Assembly: GCA_951406725.2 (NCBI GenBank)
Contig: OX597816.1
Span: 137,020,001-137,084,000, forward strand
DNA: 64,000 nt
Source of the DNA: Octopus vulgaris
Taxonomy: Eukaryota
Direction of reading: 5' to 3'
Positions 24,141-36,867 of this stretch are shown piece after piece. Numbering within the stretch: the stretch's first letter is position 1; the number at the start of each line of letters is the position of its first letter. The notes under the pieces were generated by a model. The model ran no database searches. It was not told the DNA's origin and worked only from the letters and a program-made list of their open reading frames with translations. A program made the translations under genes and the position numbers.

Positions 24141-26190
24141 TCATCATCATGATCGTTTTGCGTCCGCTTTCCACGCCAGCATGGGTTAGACGGTTCAACT
24201 GGAGTCTGGGAAGCCAGAAGGCTGCACCAGGCCCAGTCTGATCTGGCAATTTTTCTACGGCTGGATGCCCTTCCTAACGCCAACCGTTCCGGTTGCTTTT
24301 TACGTGTCACCGACATGGTGTCCAGGCGAGGCTGGCAACGGCCACGATTGGATGGCGCTTTTTACGTGCCACCGGCATGGAGGCCAGTCGGGGCAGCGCT
24401 GACAACGGTCACGTTCGGATGGTTCTCTTATGTGCCCCCGGCACTGGTATCCCAGCTACAATTTCCATTGATGTTGATAGATTTCGATTTTGATTCTGAT
24501 TCTCACTTGCCTCAACAGGTCTTCACAAGTAGAGTTTTGTGTCCCAAGAAGGAAAGATATGCATAAGTGAACCGGCTACATTCCAGGTAGAGGCCACGGG
24601 TTATGGTCTCATTAGTCCTGCCAGGTCTTCTCATGCTCAGCATACTTCCATAGGTCTACCTCTTCCACAGGATCCCTCAACCGCTAGGGTGTGGCGCTTT
24701 TTCACACAGCTATCCTCATCCATTCTTGCCACATGACCATACCAGCGCAAACGTCTCTCTTGCACACCACAACTGATGCTTCTTAGGTCCAACTTTTCTT
24801 TCAAGATACTTACACTCTGTCGAGTATGAACACTGACATTACACATCCATCAGAGCATACTAGCTTCATTTCTAGCGAGCTTACGCATATCCTCAGCAGT
24901 CACGGCCCATGTTTCACTGCCATGTAGCATGGCTGTTCGTACACATGCGTTATACAGTCTGCCTTTTACTCTGAGCGAGAGGCCCTTTGTCACCAGCAGA
25001 GGTAAGAGCTCTCTGAACTTTGCCCAGGCCATTCTTACTCCAGCAGTGACACTTTCAGCACATTCGCCCCCGCTACTGACTTGGTCACCTAGGTAACGGA
25101 AGCTAGCAACAATTTCTAGTTTTTCTCCCTGGAATGTGGCGGAGGTCTCTGCGCATTTTCAGTGTTTATTGCTCCCGAGCATCTGCCATATACAAAAACT
25201 ATCTTCCTAGTTAGCCTTCCTTTGACATTGCTGCACCTCTTATGTGTCCATAGCTTACACTTGGTGCATCTTATAGAGTTTCTACCTACGCCTTTTCTAC
25301 AGATCAAGCAGGGCCACCTACCTGAAGGCGTTTGTGATTTGTCAACTTTCCTACTTATTAGGACTTTGGTTTTAGCTAGGTTGACTCTAAGGCCCTTCGA
25401 TTCTAATCCTAGCTTCCACACCTGAAACTTCTCCTCCAGTTCTGATAGTGACTCAGCAATTAGAGCAAGGTCATCAGCATAGAGGAGCTCCCAGGGGCAT
25501 CCTGTCTTGAATTCCTCCGTTATTGCCTGGAGGACTATGATGAATAGGAGGGGGGGGGGGGAAGACTGAAGCTTGGTGGACCCCTAGCTCTACTCTGAAT
25601 TCTTCACTGTACTCGTTGCCAACCCTCACCTTACTAGCAGCGTCTCTGTACATGGCTTGTACAGCTCTCACTGACCATTCATCTATCCCTATTTTCTTCA
25701 TTGATCACCAGATAAGGGATCGGGGGACCCTGCCGAAGGCTTTCTCCATGTCAACAAAATCCAGGTACAGGGGCTTATCTTTGGCTAGGTATTTCTCCTG
25801 CAGCTGCCGTACCAGGAATATAGCATCAGTGGTACTTTTCCCTGGCACGAACCCAAACTGCATCTCATCTAAACTAACTCTCTCTCTAATTAGTTGGGCT
25901 ATGACCCTCTCCGTAACCTTCATTACCTGATTCAACAGCTTGATACCCCTGTAGTTATTTGTATCTAGGGCGTCACCTTTACCTTTGTAGCAGTTGACTA
26001 TTATGCTGCTACACCAGTCATTGGGAATGACTCCTTCGTGTATCACCTGGTTAACTATACGGGTGACTAGGCTATAGCCGACACTACCAGATATTTTGAG
26101 CATTTCTGCAGTAATTGCTGATGGGCCTGGGGCTTTCCCTGTCTTCATGCTTCTAATTGCCTTAACTACCAAGGAACTGTCAATTCGGAC
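24141..26190 (-). mobile_element. 5'-truncated, frameshifted RTE-clade LINE
   Basis: [52 protein letters not shown] motifs; (GAT)n tail. Confidence 0.92.
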
Positions 26191-26514
26191 ACACACACAC
26201 ACACACATATATATATACACACACACACACACACATATATATGCATACATATATGTATATATATATATATGCATACATACATATATGTATATATATATAC
26301 ATACATATATATATATGCATACATATATATATATGCATACATATATATATATATATGCATACATATATATATGCATACACATATATATATGCATATATGC
26401 ATACATATATATATATATATATGCATATATGCATACATATATATATATATATATGCATATATGCATACATATATATATATATATATGTATACATATATAT
26501 ATATATATATATAT

Positions 26515-26910
26515 ATAGCAGTATCGCCCGGCGTTGCTCGGGTTGTAAGGGAAATAAAACTATATAAGCATTTTTAGAGAGTTATAGCAAAAAAATAGCA
26601 AAAAAATGCATTAAAAATTGAAAAAAAATTAAGGTAAATTTTTTTTAAATCGTTGACACATCGTAGATATTTTTAGAGAGTTACTTCCCTTATATAAAAG
26701 CGAAAAAAATGCATTAAAATGGAAAAATATGATGGTAAATTTTTTTTAAATCGTAGACTCATCGTAGACGCGCGCTAATACCCAGAAGGGCTCGATATGA
26801 ATCACGACTATAAGATACCCGCTTTTGGTTAAACTGCACCGCAAAATGTGGGAGTAATTACGAATGTAAATCGAAGGGGACAGACACACAACTTCACTCT
26901 TATATAAAGA
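26515..26910 (-). mobile_element. Non-autonomous Helitron
   Basis: Hairpin CCCGAGCAACGCCGGG near the 3' end; homologous to 32054-32691. Confidence 0.75.
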
Positions 26911-27290
26911 TGCTTTTTTTTTTCAGTCATAGAGTTAGATTTATGAAGGTCTTCAGTAGAAAATCCTTCGAATTCTGACTCGCTGCTTGATATAATGAAA
27001 TTCGTATCCATTTTTTGTCAGAATTACAAATTTTGAAAACACAATAGGAACAAATTTCGGAAAAAAATCTCCCATAATTCACGGAATTAAAATTACACTT
27101 CGATTTTTGTACAAAACTGTATTTGAAGTGTTTACGAAGTATAATACGTGTTTTCACGAATGTACTAAAGAGATTTACTCTGATATTCTCATTTAAATAT
27201 GAATAGGTAAATTCGGGCGGTTTGGTAACGAAAGGGTTTATATAAGTGTCGTCTGTTTATACATAAACACTGTTTCATAGTTTCAGTTTA

Positions 27291-27697
27291 GTCTTCCTCA
27301 AATCACTCTGTCGCTAATTTACTCTCTTCCAAGAACATTTTCACTCACACTTATCTGTTAGCTTGCCATACATTTTACTCATGTATCTATCAGCGTGATA
27401 GACAGAAACAAATATTACATCTAGTTTCACTTTATTCGTTGCACACTGTGTGTGTGCGTTTGTGTGTGCTGTAAACCAGACTAAGAAAAGCATTTGACAT
27501 ACACACCAGAATGTGAGTTTTCTGTAAATTTTGCTTAATTGGAGTTTAAATTTTAAAAACTGGACCTGGCAAAACCCGATGCATTCTACTCTTAAAAATG
27601 CTAGGTAAATTGTAATTGAAGAAATCCTATATTGTAGATTTCTATAACTGACAAAGGGAGGCAGATAAAATCTGCCTTTTATAATAAGAGATAAGAG
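27291..27697 (-). mobile_element. Helitron-like 5' fragment, repeated at 33771-34171
   Basis: ~400-bp near-identical direct repeat; minus strand begins TCTCTTATTATAAAAGGCAG. Confidence 0.55.
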
Positions 27698-27700
27698 ATA

Positions 27701-27738
<38 letters not shown>

Positions 27739-27739
<1 letters not shown>

Positions 27740-27810
27740 TAGCAGCGATACCCGGCGTTGCCCGGTTACATTCAATTGAAGAATTAGACTTTTCTGTTAT
27801 ATATACATGG

Positions 27811-27856
<46 letters not shown>

Positions 27857-30497
27857 TAATATAAATACATGAAAGTACATGAAATCTGTTAAAAAAAAGG
27901 GGATCATGTATATACCTCCTGGCTGTTGAGATTATAACACTTCGTTGTAAACAATGTTCCTTGTTTTTCCTTGTGGAGCATATACAAAAAGGTTTCTTTT
28001 GGTTCCAACTCTTGAGCAGCCAAGATACAGTTACCCATGCGAGAAGCAGGGCTCTTCCAAGAGAAGACCAGCTACAGAGAGGGTTTGACCCTGAGATTTG
28101 TTAATGGACATGGCAAAGCTGACACGAAGGGGGAATTGCAGTCTTCTGAATGTAAATGGAATTTCTGCTCCTGATGGAGTGAGACGAATTCTTGGAATAA
28201 AGACGTCATCACCTTTTCCACATCCAGAAAGAATGATCGCCTCGATAACGTGTGACATCATTTTCTTTATCACCAGTCGTGTTCCATTGCAAAGTCTTGG
28301 TGGTTCCAGATAGCGGAGTAGCATTACAGGAGTTCCAACTTTTAGTGCTAATATGTGTGGAGGTAGTCCAGGAGGCTCCAGTGAATTGAGAAATTCAGGA
28401 GGATAGTTCACAACTTCATTTATATCTGGAATTGTATCAACAGACTTGTAAGTGTGTATAGTGCCGGGAAGAGAATGCATTAGCTGTTGATTAATTTTGT
28501 AACAGCGACGTTTTTTGGAGCTAATATTGCTCTTTCACATAGCCAATTGTGATTTTGGTAGTTTTGTGTGAAGTTGGGAAAGACTTTGTTTTTGAGGTCA
28601 TCTACAGAATTAAAAACAGAGGAAAATGACCACACTTCCATTTGTCCTGCAGCATCGAGAGGCATCTTGCCTTCACCAAGTGTCAAAATGTCCTGTGCAA
28701 ACTTTGTGGACATTTTGTCGCCGTGTAGCTGAGCTCTCATGTTAGTGGTGAGACTGAGGATTGTAACATGATGCCACATGGTAGAGGACTTTGGAGCCTG
28801 ACAGTCTCGGATGTCTTTCATGGTTCTATCTAATGCTTCCAAAGCTCCCTTCTGAGCCATAGTGCACTCGTCCCTGACAATTAGATGACACATTTTAAGT
28901 ACTTGTCTCTGATCTGAGCTTTTGGTGATGTTGCATGAAGGCATTTCGGATGTTGCTAAATTTGAGAAGGAGTTTAAAAGTTGAGTGAGCTGTCCTGCCA
29001 CCGGGTAACAAAGTAGCTGCAATGCCAGAGGAGGCTACAGCTAGTGCAATGTCCTGATGCTGCCTAATTTCTGCAAGGAGAAGCTTTGTAATAAATGTTT
29101 TTCCTGTCCCTCCAGGAACATCGAGGAAGAAGATTCGTCCCTTGCGTTGGCGTACACTGTTAAGAATAGTTCTGTAGGCCTGCAGCTGGTCCGGAAGAAA
29201 TTTAGGCTCATTTTAAACAATGTACTTTGAAAGCGCTTGAGTGTCGTATGTTGTTTCACGAATGACAGCAGTGGGAAGGCTATTTGACCTTGACTTGAAT
29301 GCTTGTGGCAGGCCATACGTCGACAATTCATTTACACCCTGTTTAGCAATTCTGTCTTCAATGTCAATGAGTGTTTTGTTATAGATTTCATTGCTAATAC
29401 CCTCCATGTCAGGATAGAGCAGTTGAGGTTGGGGCTGAAAGTCTTCAGACAGGTTGTCTCTATATTTGAGCCATAGAGTGGCCGGATCACACAGTTCGCA
29501 TGCCTGTAGTATTAATGCAAATAGTGCTCTGAGACTTTTAGGTGATTGTGATAAAGCAGCCTCTCCTAAAGTTGCATCCCGTTGTGCACCATCTTCTAAC
29601 AGACCTTGTCGATAGCAGGCTTCTCTGTATGTTGTGCAGACATGTCCATGAACGGTTTTTAGGGCCTGGAAAGACATTGGCCCTCTGACCTCATGCAGTA
29701 GTAGACGAAGGTAGAAGCACTCTTGTTGAGTGGGATGCACTGTGTATACTCGCCCAAGGCAAGTGTGAAACTTAATGCCAGGGTATCCATGAACATTTTG
29801 ACCTGCTTTCCGTGGGGCCCATTTTTTTCCATTCCAAGTGTAGTACGATGGAATCTGTGGATACAGCAAGGTTTGAGCGAGTGGATCCACTTGACAAAGC
29901 TTGAAATATGCAGTGAGTGTGCTATCCCTTGTTTCCTCTGCCAACAGAGAAGCATTAGCATCGGTGAAGTAAATCTTTGACCATTTTCCAGGTGCACTGC
30001 AAGTTGTTGAATGGCGGGGTGTCGTTGGTGAATTGGAAAGCCAAAGATGCGCCAGAAAGCCTCGTTGCTACTTATGTACCGTCCCACCCGATAAAACGTC
30101 ACCTCATCCTGGCAGTATTCTTGTTGAAGTCCAAACATTGCAGCGTCAGAACTCTTGTTTACATATTTGCAAACGTACTTGATAGATTTAACGGAGTTGC
30201 AAAACTCAACGTTGATGTGGGCATTGAAAGTCTTTGACAGGAGTGGGCAGTATGGAACAATCCATCTATTATCAACATCGTGCTGTCCGATAGTTGCTGT
30301 GAAACCTCCGTCTTCTGGTTTTCTGCGTCTATATGATGGATACCCATCAGCACCTGTCTGAGTTTCTTGTAGGAACATCCTTGGAAATCTTTTTGAACAT
30401 ATGCTGTCCTTCCAAGTCACCACACAGTGGGACTGAACCCAGGACCATGTGTTTGGAATGTAGTTTGTTACCACACAGCCATACCTGCCCCTATGTA

Positions 30498-30543
<46 letters not shown>

Positions 30544-31569
30544 CGTGCGCGTATGTGTGTATAGGTAGATATATTATGCATGTATATATGTGTATATATA
30601 TGTGTACATATTACATGTACATCTATATATATACATCTACACATAAGATACAAAATACAAAGTTATATCTTGATATCGCTAGTGATAACAATACTCAAAA
30701 TATATAACAGACTGGAATTGTAGGCCCGTGTCTTGCAATTTCGATCAATTGGATCTTGTCCTCCCTCTTGTATAGAAGTGTACGGCTGCAGCGATATTCA
30801 TTTTTGGACTTTCTTTTATCGAAGGCATTTTAACAAAAATGCTTCCGTAAAGACGGTGAAAATATTGTCAATTTCCCCAAACAGGGTCACAATTCAATTT
30901 TTAAACAATAACCAAAGCCCCTTCTCCCAAAGGGGGAGGGTTACGGTTTACAATTATTTAACAAATGCAACACAACAACGTTTCCCTGGCGAGGAACCAA
31001 CAAACGTGATTACAATAGTCAAACAGTAATAATAATAACAACAAACCTTTTTAATGTATCTCCATTTATATGAAACCACTTATTCAAGTTCAAGGTATTG
31101 ATGCAATTTTATACGAATTGCTAATACACGCACACACACATAATAAGGGTGAAAAATTGAATATTAATTTGATCAATATGAATTGAAAACCAGTGGTGTA
31201 GCATATAAGACCATAGCGGATCTTCTTCTAGCAAAAAGATTGACCACTTTTAATGGTTCATCCTTGTTATATAATACTTTCAATTTAATAGTTTCGGTAT
31301 TAAAATGAAAGTGTCTGCATTACAATAGAGAAATATTTTTGTTTCACTTTTAACACGTAATACTGAAAAAGTGGAGAAAATATGATATTGCTGTGGGGTC
31401 GCCCTAGGGAAAAAGTTAAAGTTTTTTTTGGCGATGACACTCCCCGGACATTAAGTAAGGCATGTGTAAAATTTGAATGAAATTGGTTGTGTAGTTCTCA
31501 AGTTTTAGGGAAACAGACTGACAGACAGACAGACAGACACACATTCTCAGTTTTATATATATATATAGA
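27739..31569 (-). mobile_element. Decayed autonomous Helitron (Rep/PIF1-like helicase) with a SINE head inserted at 30411-30492
   Basis: DNRWIVPY..AHINVEFC..KYVCKYVNK, QECFYLRLLL, LCNGTRL, QFPLRVSFAMSINKSQGQTL, PCFSHG; 5' TC at 31569; hairpin and CTAG at 27739; stops and frameshifts. Confidence 0.93.
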
Positions 31570-31773
31570 TATATATATATAGATATATACATACATATAT
31601 GTATGTATATAGATATATACATACATATATGTATGTATATAGATATATATATATACATATATACATACATATATGTATGCATATATATACATATATGTAT
31701 GTATGCATATATATATATATGCATACATATATATATATATATATATGCATATTTATATATATGCACACATACA

Positions 31774-31831
<58 letters not shown>

Positions 31832-31947
31832 CATATATATGTATATATATGCATACATATATATATGTATATATATGCATACATACATATATGTATGTAT
31901 GTATATATATATATATGCATGCATACATATATATGCATACATATATG

Positions 31948-31979
<32 letters not shown>

Positions 31980-32053
31980 CATACATATATGTATATATAT
32001 ACATATATATATATATGCATACATATATGTATATATATATATATATATATATA

Positions 32054-32691
32054 CTAGCAGTATCGCCCGGCGTTGCTCGGGTTTGTAAGGGAAATAACTA
32101 TATAAGCATTTTTAGAGAGTTATAGCCAAAAAATAGCAAAAAATGCATTAAAAATGGAAAAAAATATGATGGTAAATTTTTTTAAAAATCGTTGACTCAT
32201 CGTAGACATTTTTAGAGAGTTACTTCCCTTATATAATAGCGAAAAAATGCATTAAAATGGAAAAAAAACGATGGTAAATTTTTTTTAAAATCGTAGACTC
32301 ATGTAGACGCTTTCTTAGCCATTTCTGTTTTGGTGTCTTCAAGCCATGAAGTCGTTGTTCTAAAAGAACGCTGGTCTCCTTGACAACGCATTACGACGTT
32401 GATTTCCTTACACTCCCTTCCCCACAGGTGCAGGTGTGAGCGTGGACGCCAACTCCGCCGCCATCGACACACGAAAAATTATGCATTAAAATGGAATAAA
32501 AAATGATGTTAAATTATTTTAAAAATCGTAGACTCATCGTAGACGCGCGCTAATACTCAGACGGGCTCGATATGAATCACGACTATAAGCTACCCGAATT
32601 TGGTTAAACTGCACCGCAAAATGTGGGAGTAGTTAGGAATCTAAATCGAAGGGGACAGACACTCACACAACTACAGTTTTATATATATAGA
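32054..32691 (-). mobile_element. Non-autonomous Helitron
   Basis: 5' TC, 3' hairpin and CTAG, within (AT)n. Confidence 0.8.
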
Positions 32692-32819
32692 CATACATAG
32701 CGCAGTAGTGGTGAGATGTGACAGCAAAGAAAAGCATACATTCACTCTCTGCATGCAATTAGACTCGGAAAGTTCGTGAGGAACCCATTGACCCAATTTG
32801 CTGACTTTTCCGATAGCAC

Positions 32820-33300
32820 ACAGGTCTCAATGAATGGTTGAATGACCAAATCCAAGCTTCTCTGCTAGTTCCTCAACAGTTACGATGAGATTTTGTTCCA
32901 CCAGGGTTTTCAGGATGTCCTTGTCGAGTTCTACAGATCTTTCAGGATGAGACTCGTCTTCTAGGCTGTAGTTTATGGCTCGGAATTTCTGGAACCACCA
33001 TTGACACTGCCTTACGCTTATTGTCCAATCCCCATATACTGCATTAATATTTCTTGTACTTTCCGTTGCGTTGTTGTCTTTATTGAACTCATAAAGCAAA
33101 ATATGCCAAATATGCTCCTTTGTTACTTCCAATATAGCTTTGAAAAAAATAGCTGTTAAAATCGAAATGCACTCTTCAAAACTTGCACTATGAATAAGGA
33201 CAAGATAAAATTACTACCTACTTTTATAGCAATTTAATATAAGTAGTTTATCCCATTCCCCTCTGACTTTTAGTTCAAGCTGTTGAAAAAACCGCATTAT
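32820..33300 (-). mobile_element. Mariner transposase N-terminal fragment
   Basis: HILLYEFNKDNNATESTRNINAVYGD..QWWFQKF..SLEDE HTH region. Confidence 0.8.
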
Positions 33301-33566
33301 TATATATATATACATACATACGTACATACATATACACACACACTCTCTCTCTCACACACATGCACACATTTATATTCTGTTATTCTTTTATATGTTTCAG
33401 CCTTGAGGTTGTGGCCATGCTGGATCATGTGTGTGTGTGTGTGTGTCTATCTGTCTGTCTGTCTGTATGTATATATGTATATGTATGTGTGTGAACAATA
33501 ATATTTTCAACAGATGTGTTGCAAATGTATCTGATTGTTCTCAAGCTTCAATACTGTGTGTGTGTA

Positions 33567-33597
<31 letters not shown>

Positions 33598-34227
33598 ATG
33601 TATGTATGTATGTATATGTATGTATGTATGTATGTGTGTATGTATGTATGTGTGTGTGTATGTATGTATGTGTGTGTGTATGTGTGTGTGTGTATGTATG
33701 TATGTATGTATGTATGAGTGTATGTTTACTTTATTACTAACACAAGCCACTACGGTTATTTAATGTAAAGTCTTCCTCAAATCACTATCTCTGGCTATTT
33801 ACTCTCTTCCAAGAACATTTTCACTCACTCTTATGTGTTAGCTTCCCATACATTTTACTCATGTATCTATCAGCGTGATAGACAGAAACAAATATTACAT
33901 CTAGTTTCACTTTATTCGTTGCCCACTGTGTGTGTGCGTTTGCGTGTGGTGTAAACCAGACTAAGAAAAGCATTTGACACACACACCAGAATGTGAGTTT
34001 TCTGTAAATTTTGCTTAATTGGAGTTTAAATTTTAAAAACTGGACGTGGCATGACGCGATGCATTGTACTCTTAAAAATGCTAGGTAAATTGTAATTGAA
34101 GAAATCCTATATTGTAGATTTGTATAACTCCCAAAGGGAGGCAGATAAAATCTGCCTTTTATAATAAGAGATATATATATATAATTAATTAATAAGGGTG
34201 AGAGAATTAGATACTAATTTAATAGCA

Positions 34228-34281
<54 letters not shown>

Positions 34282-34299
34282 AATGAAATGGATAAATGA

Positions 34300-35236
34300 A
34301 TTATCTTGTTAAGGATTATTCAAAATTTAACCGATACCTGTGTAGCAAAAATCACACCAGAAAAGACACGGTTGAGGTTACGACCATGGGGTTTCGCCCC
34401 CGTGCTTTAGCGCGGATAATTGAAGTTTTATATATTTAGTGAAGGGAAGAAATGGAGCCGAACGAAGATTCTACAAAATTCCTTTTTATTATTTTCTACA
34501 CATGTTTCAAAGGCTGCAAATTCCCAAATTCGGATTGAATAAGGAGACCATTCTGCAGCTTTCTCTTCAGGAAAATCCAGGAATTTAAAATCTCAAAACA
34601 ATTGCGCAGCAAGCTTTTCGAACAAAACGCTCCCTAGGAGCCCATGGTAAAAATGGCACAAAACTGTCTCTCAATATGCGCTGACGTCAGAGTGGGTGAA
34701 GGCCGACGAAAAAATCCGTTGGAATAAACCTAGGTCAAACCACGGTCAAATCAGGTAGGGGAAGAATCATAGAAAACCCAAAGGGTGTGAATATATTCTG
34801 TATAACTAGTGTTAATGTTCAAATTGTCTTAAGAATGACAGTTATCTTATATGGGTGTGAGGAACTACCTACATGTATGTGTGTGTGTATGCGCCTATGT
34901 ATGTGTGGCAGTATGTTAGGAAGCAGCTAGAGAGAAAATATATTGTATTGTAGGCATTGCTGGTCAAGCGGCTGATAAAATTCTGTGTCTGTGTGTTCGT
35001 CTATGACCAGTTTATATACAGATGACTTGTCAAAAAACAGGGGAGTATAATCCCTGATATTGTTTCTAAAAAAGTAGCAGAACATACGCTAAAAGGGGAG
35101 TAATTTCCCCTTTCAAATTTAATTCAAAATTTTTTCCGAATTTCTTCCAAACAATTTTTTTCTTTTCTTATGACATCAAGGTATTAATTATCTAAGGCTT
35201 CAATTGTATTCAAGAAATGTCAGTCTGGAGGCGACT

Positions 35237-35285
<49 letters not shown>

Positions 35286-35790
35286 GTATACATAAATACA
35301 TACATATATATATGTGTGTGTGTATATATATGTGTGTGTTTGTAGATATGCATGCATGTGTGTGCGTGTGTGTATATATATATGCGTGTGAGTGTATGTG
35401 GGTATATGTATAATTATATTTTTATATGCATGTATACGTACACACACATATGTGTGTGAGTGTGTATTTATGCATGTATGCTTTCCCTCCCTTCTTTCCT
35501 CTCTGTAAGTCTACCAAATTCTTGTTGGAGTGTATGCAAATATTTGCTACGGTATGAGTGCGGCGTATCAGCTGTATGTGAGTATTTTAAATATCAATGA
35601 AAAATAAAAAAGGGCATCCCATATCTATTTAAATAGTGACGCATATCTATGTATGTATTTATGTATGTACCCACATGTGTCTACGTGCATAGGTACACCC
35701 TTATTTATACACATGCAGACGAGGGTTGATTCATATGAAAAAGTAAGTGAACAAAATAATATGACCACTTATTTATCGGGAAATTTGTAA
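34300..35790 (-). mobile_element. Highly decayed Penelope-like element
   Basis: Hammerhead motif near its 3' end; only weak RT-thumb-like residues upstream. Confidence 0.45.
34491..34576 (-). ncRNA. Type I hammerhead ribozyme motif (Penelope-type)
   Basis: ATTTTC-CTGAAGA-GAAAGCTGCA..TGCAGCCTTT-GAAA-CATGTG-TA-GAAAAT: stems I and II pair; minimal palindromic stem III. Confidence 0.75.
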
Positions 35791-35799
35791 GTTCGCTTT

Positions 35800-36208
35800 T
35801 TGTTTGTTTCAGTTATTTGACTGCAGCCATGCTGGATCACCGCCCTTAGTCGAACGAATCGACCCCAAGACTTATTCTTTGTAAGCCGATCGGTCTCTTT
35901 TGCCGAATTGCAAATTTACGGGGACGTAAACACACCACATCGGACGTCAAACGATGGCGGGGGGGGACAAACAAACACACACACACACACACATACACAC
36001 ACACACATACACACACACATACACACACACAAACATATATATATACGATGGGCTTCTTTCAGTTTCCGTATACCAAATCCACTCACAAGGCTTTGGTCGG
36101 CCTGAGGCTATAGTAGAAGACATTTGCCCAAGGTGCCACGTAGTAGGACTGAACCCGAAACCATGTGGTTGGTAAGGAAGCTACTTACCAAAGAGCCATG
36201 CCTGCGCG
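35800..36208 (-). mobile_element. tRNA-derived SINE
   Basis: Dominant SINE family, near full length. Confidence 0.85.
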
Positions 36209-36397
36209 TAAAAAATTTTTTTTCAAGGTAATCAAGCCAGATGTTCATCATTTCAAGCTTCTCACCCAATGAGTATCTCTGCCAAATGTGGGGAAAATCC
36301 ATTCAACCGTTTTCCAGTAATCTTGAAAAAACATAGACAATAGACAATGACGAGTGATTACAATACCTTGCTTTTGCTTACGTAGCGAAAGAGATAG

Positions 36398-36780
36398 TAT
36401 GGTGGACCCATTTGAAAGGACTAAAGACAGACACTTTCCTCTTTGGCCAAGCCCTCATCAACTTTTACAAGCTTCATTTGAAAAAGGAAGTTGAGGGTGG
36501 AGAGGGAAGTGTTGTCTTTTAGCAAGTTTGTTGAAAGGTGGGTGAATGTTGGAAGAATGGCCAGTGTGAAAGGACCAATTCTGAGCGTGCACTCGTGGCT
36601 TTTGTGAGTTTTTCCATGAGGACCTTAAAGCGCTTCCGCTATTGGAAGTTTTAATTTGTTCAATTTTTTTGTTATTACATTGTGTACACGCGAAAACCCA
36701 TTGTATCGTCCTGTTTTGTCTTTTATGTTGTTGTATGTCTTTTAATGTTTTATATGCGACCCCTTGTGGCTAATAAAAGG
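36398..36780 (+). mobile_element. Tx1/L1-type LINE 3' fragment
   Basis: Homologous to 49810-50400 (LSGQ.LINF.K.HLKRK); ends in AATAAA and (TTA)n. Confidence 0.7.
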
Positions 36781-36849
<69 letters not shown>

Positions 36850-36867
36850 AATAATCAATAATAACAA

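Noticed and set aside
28031-30474. Host PIF1 helicase gene
   Set aside because: Linked to Helitron Rep motifs and termini, and disrupted by stops, frameshifts and deletions.
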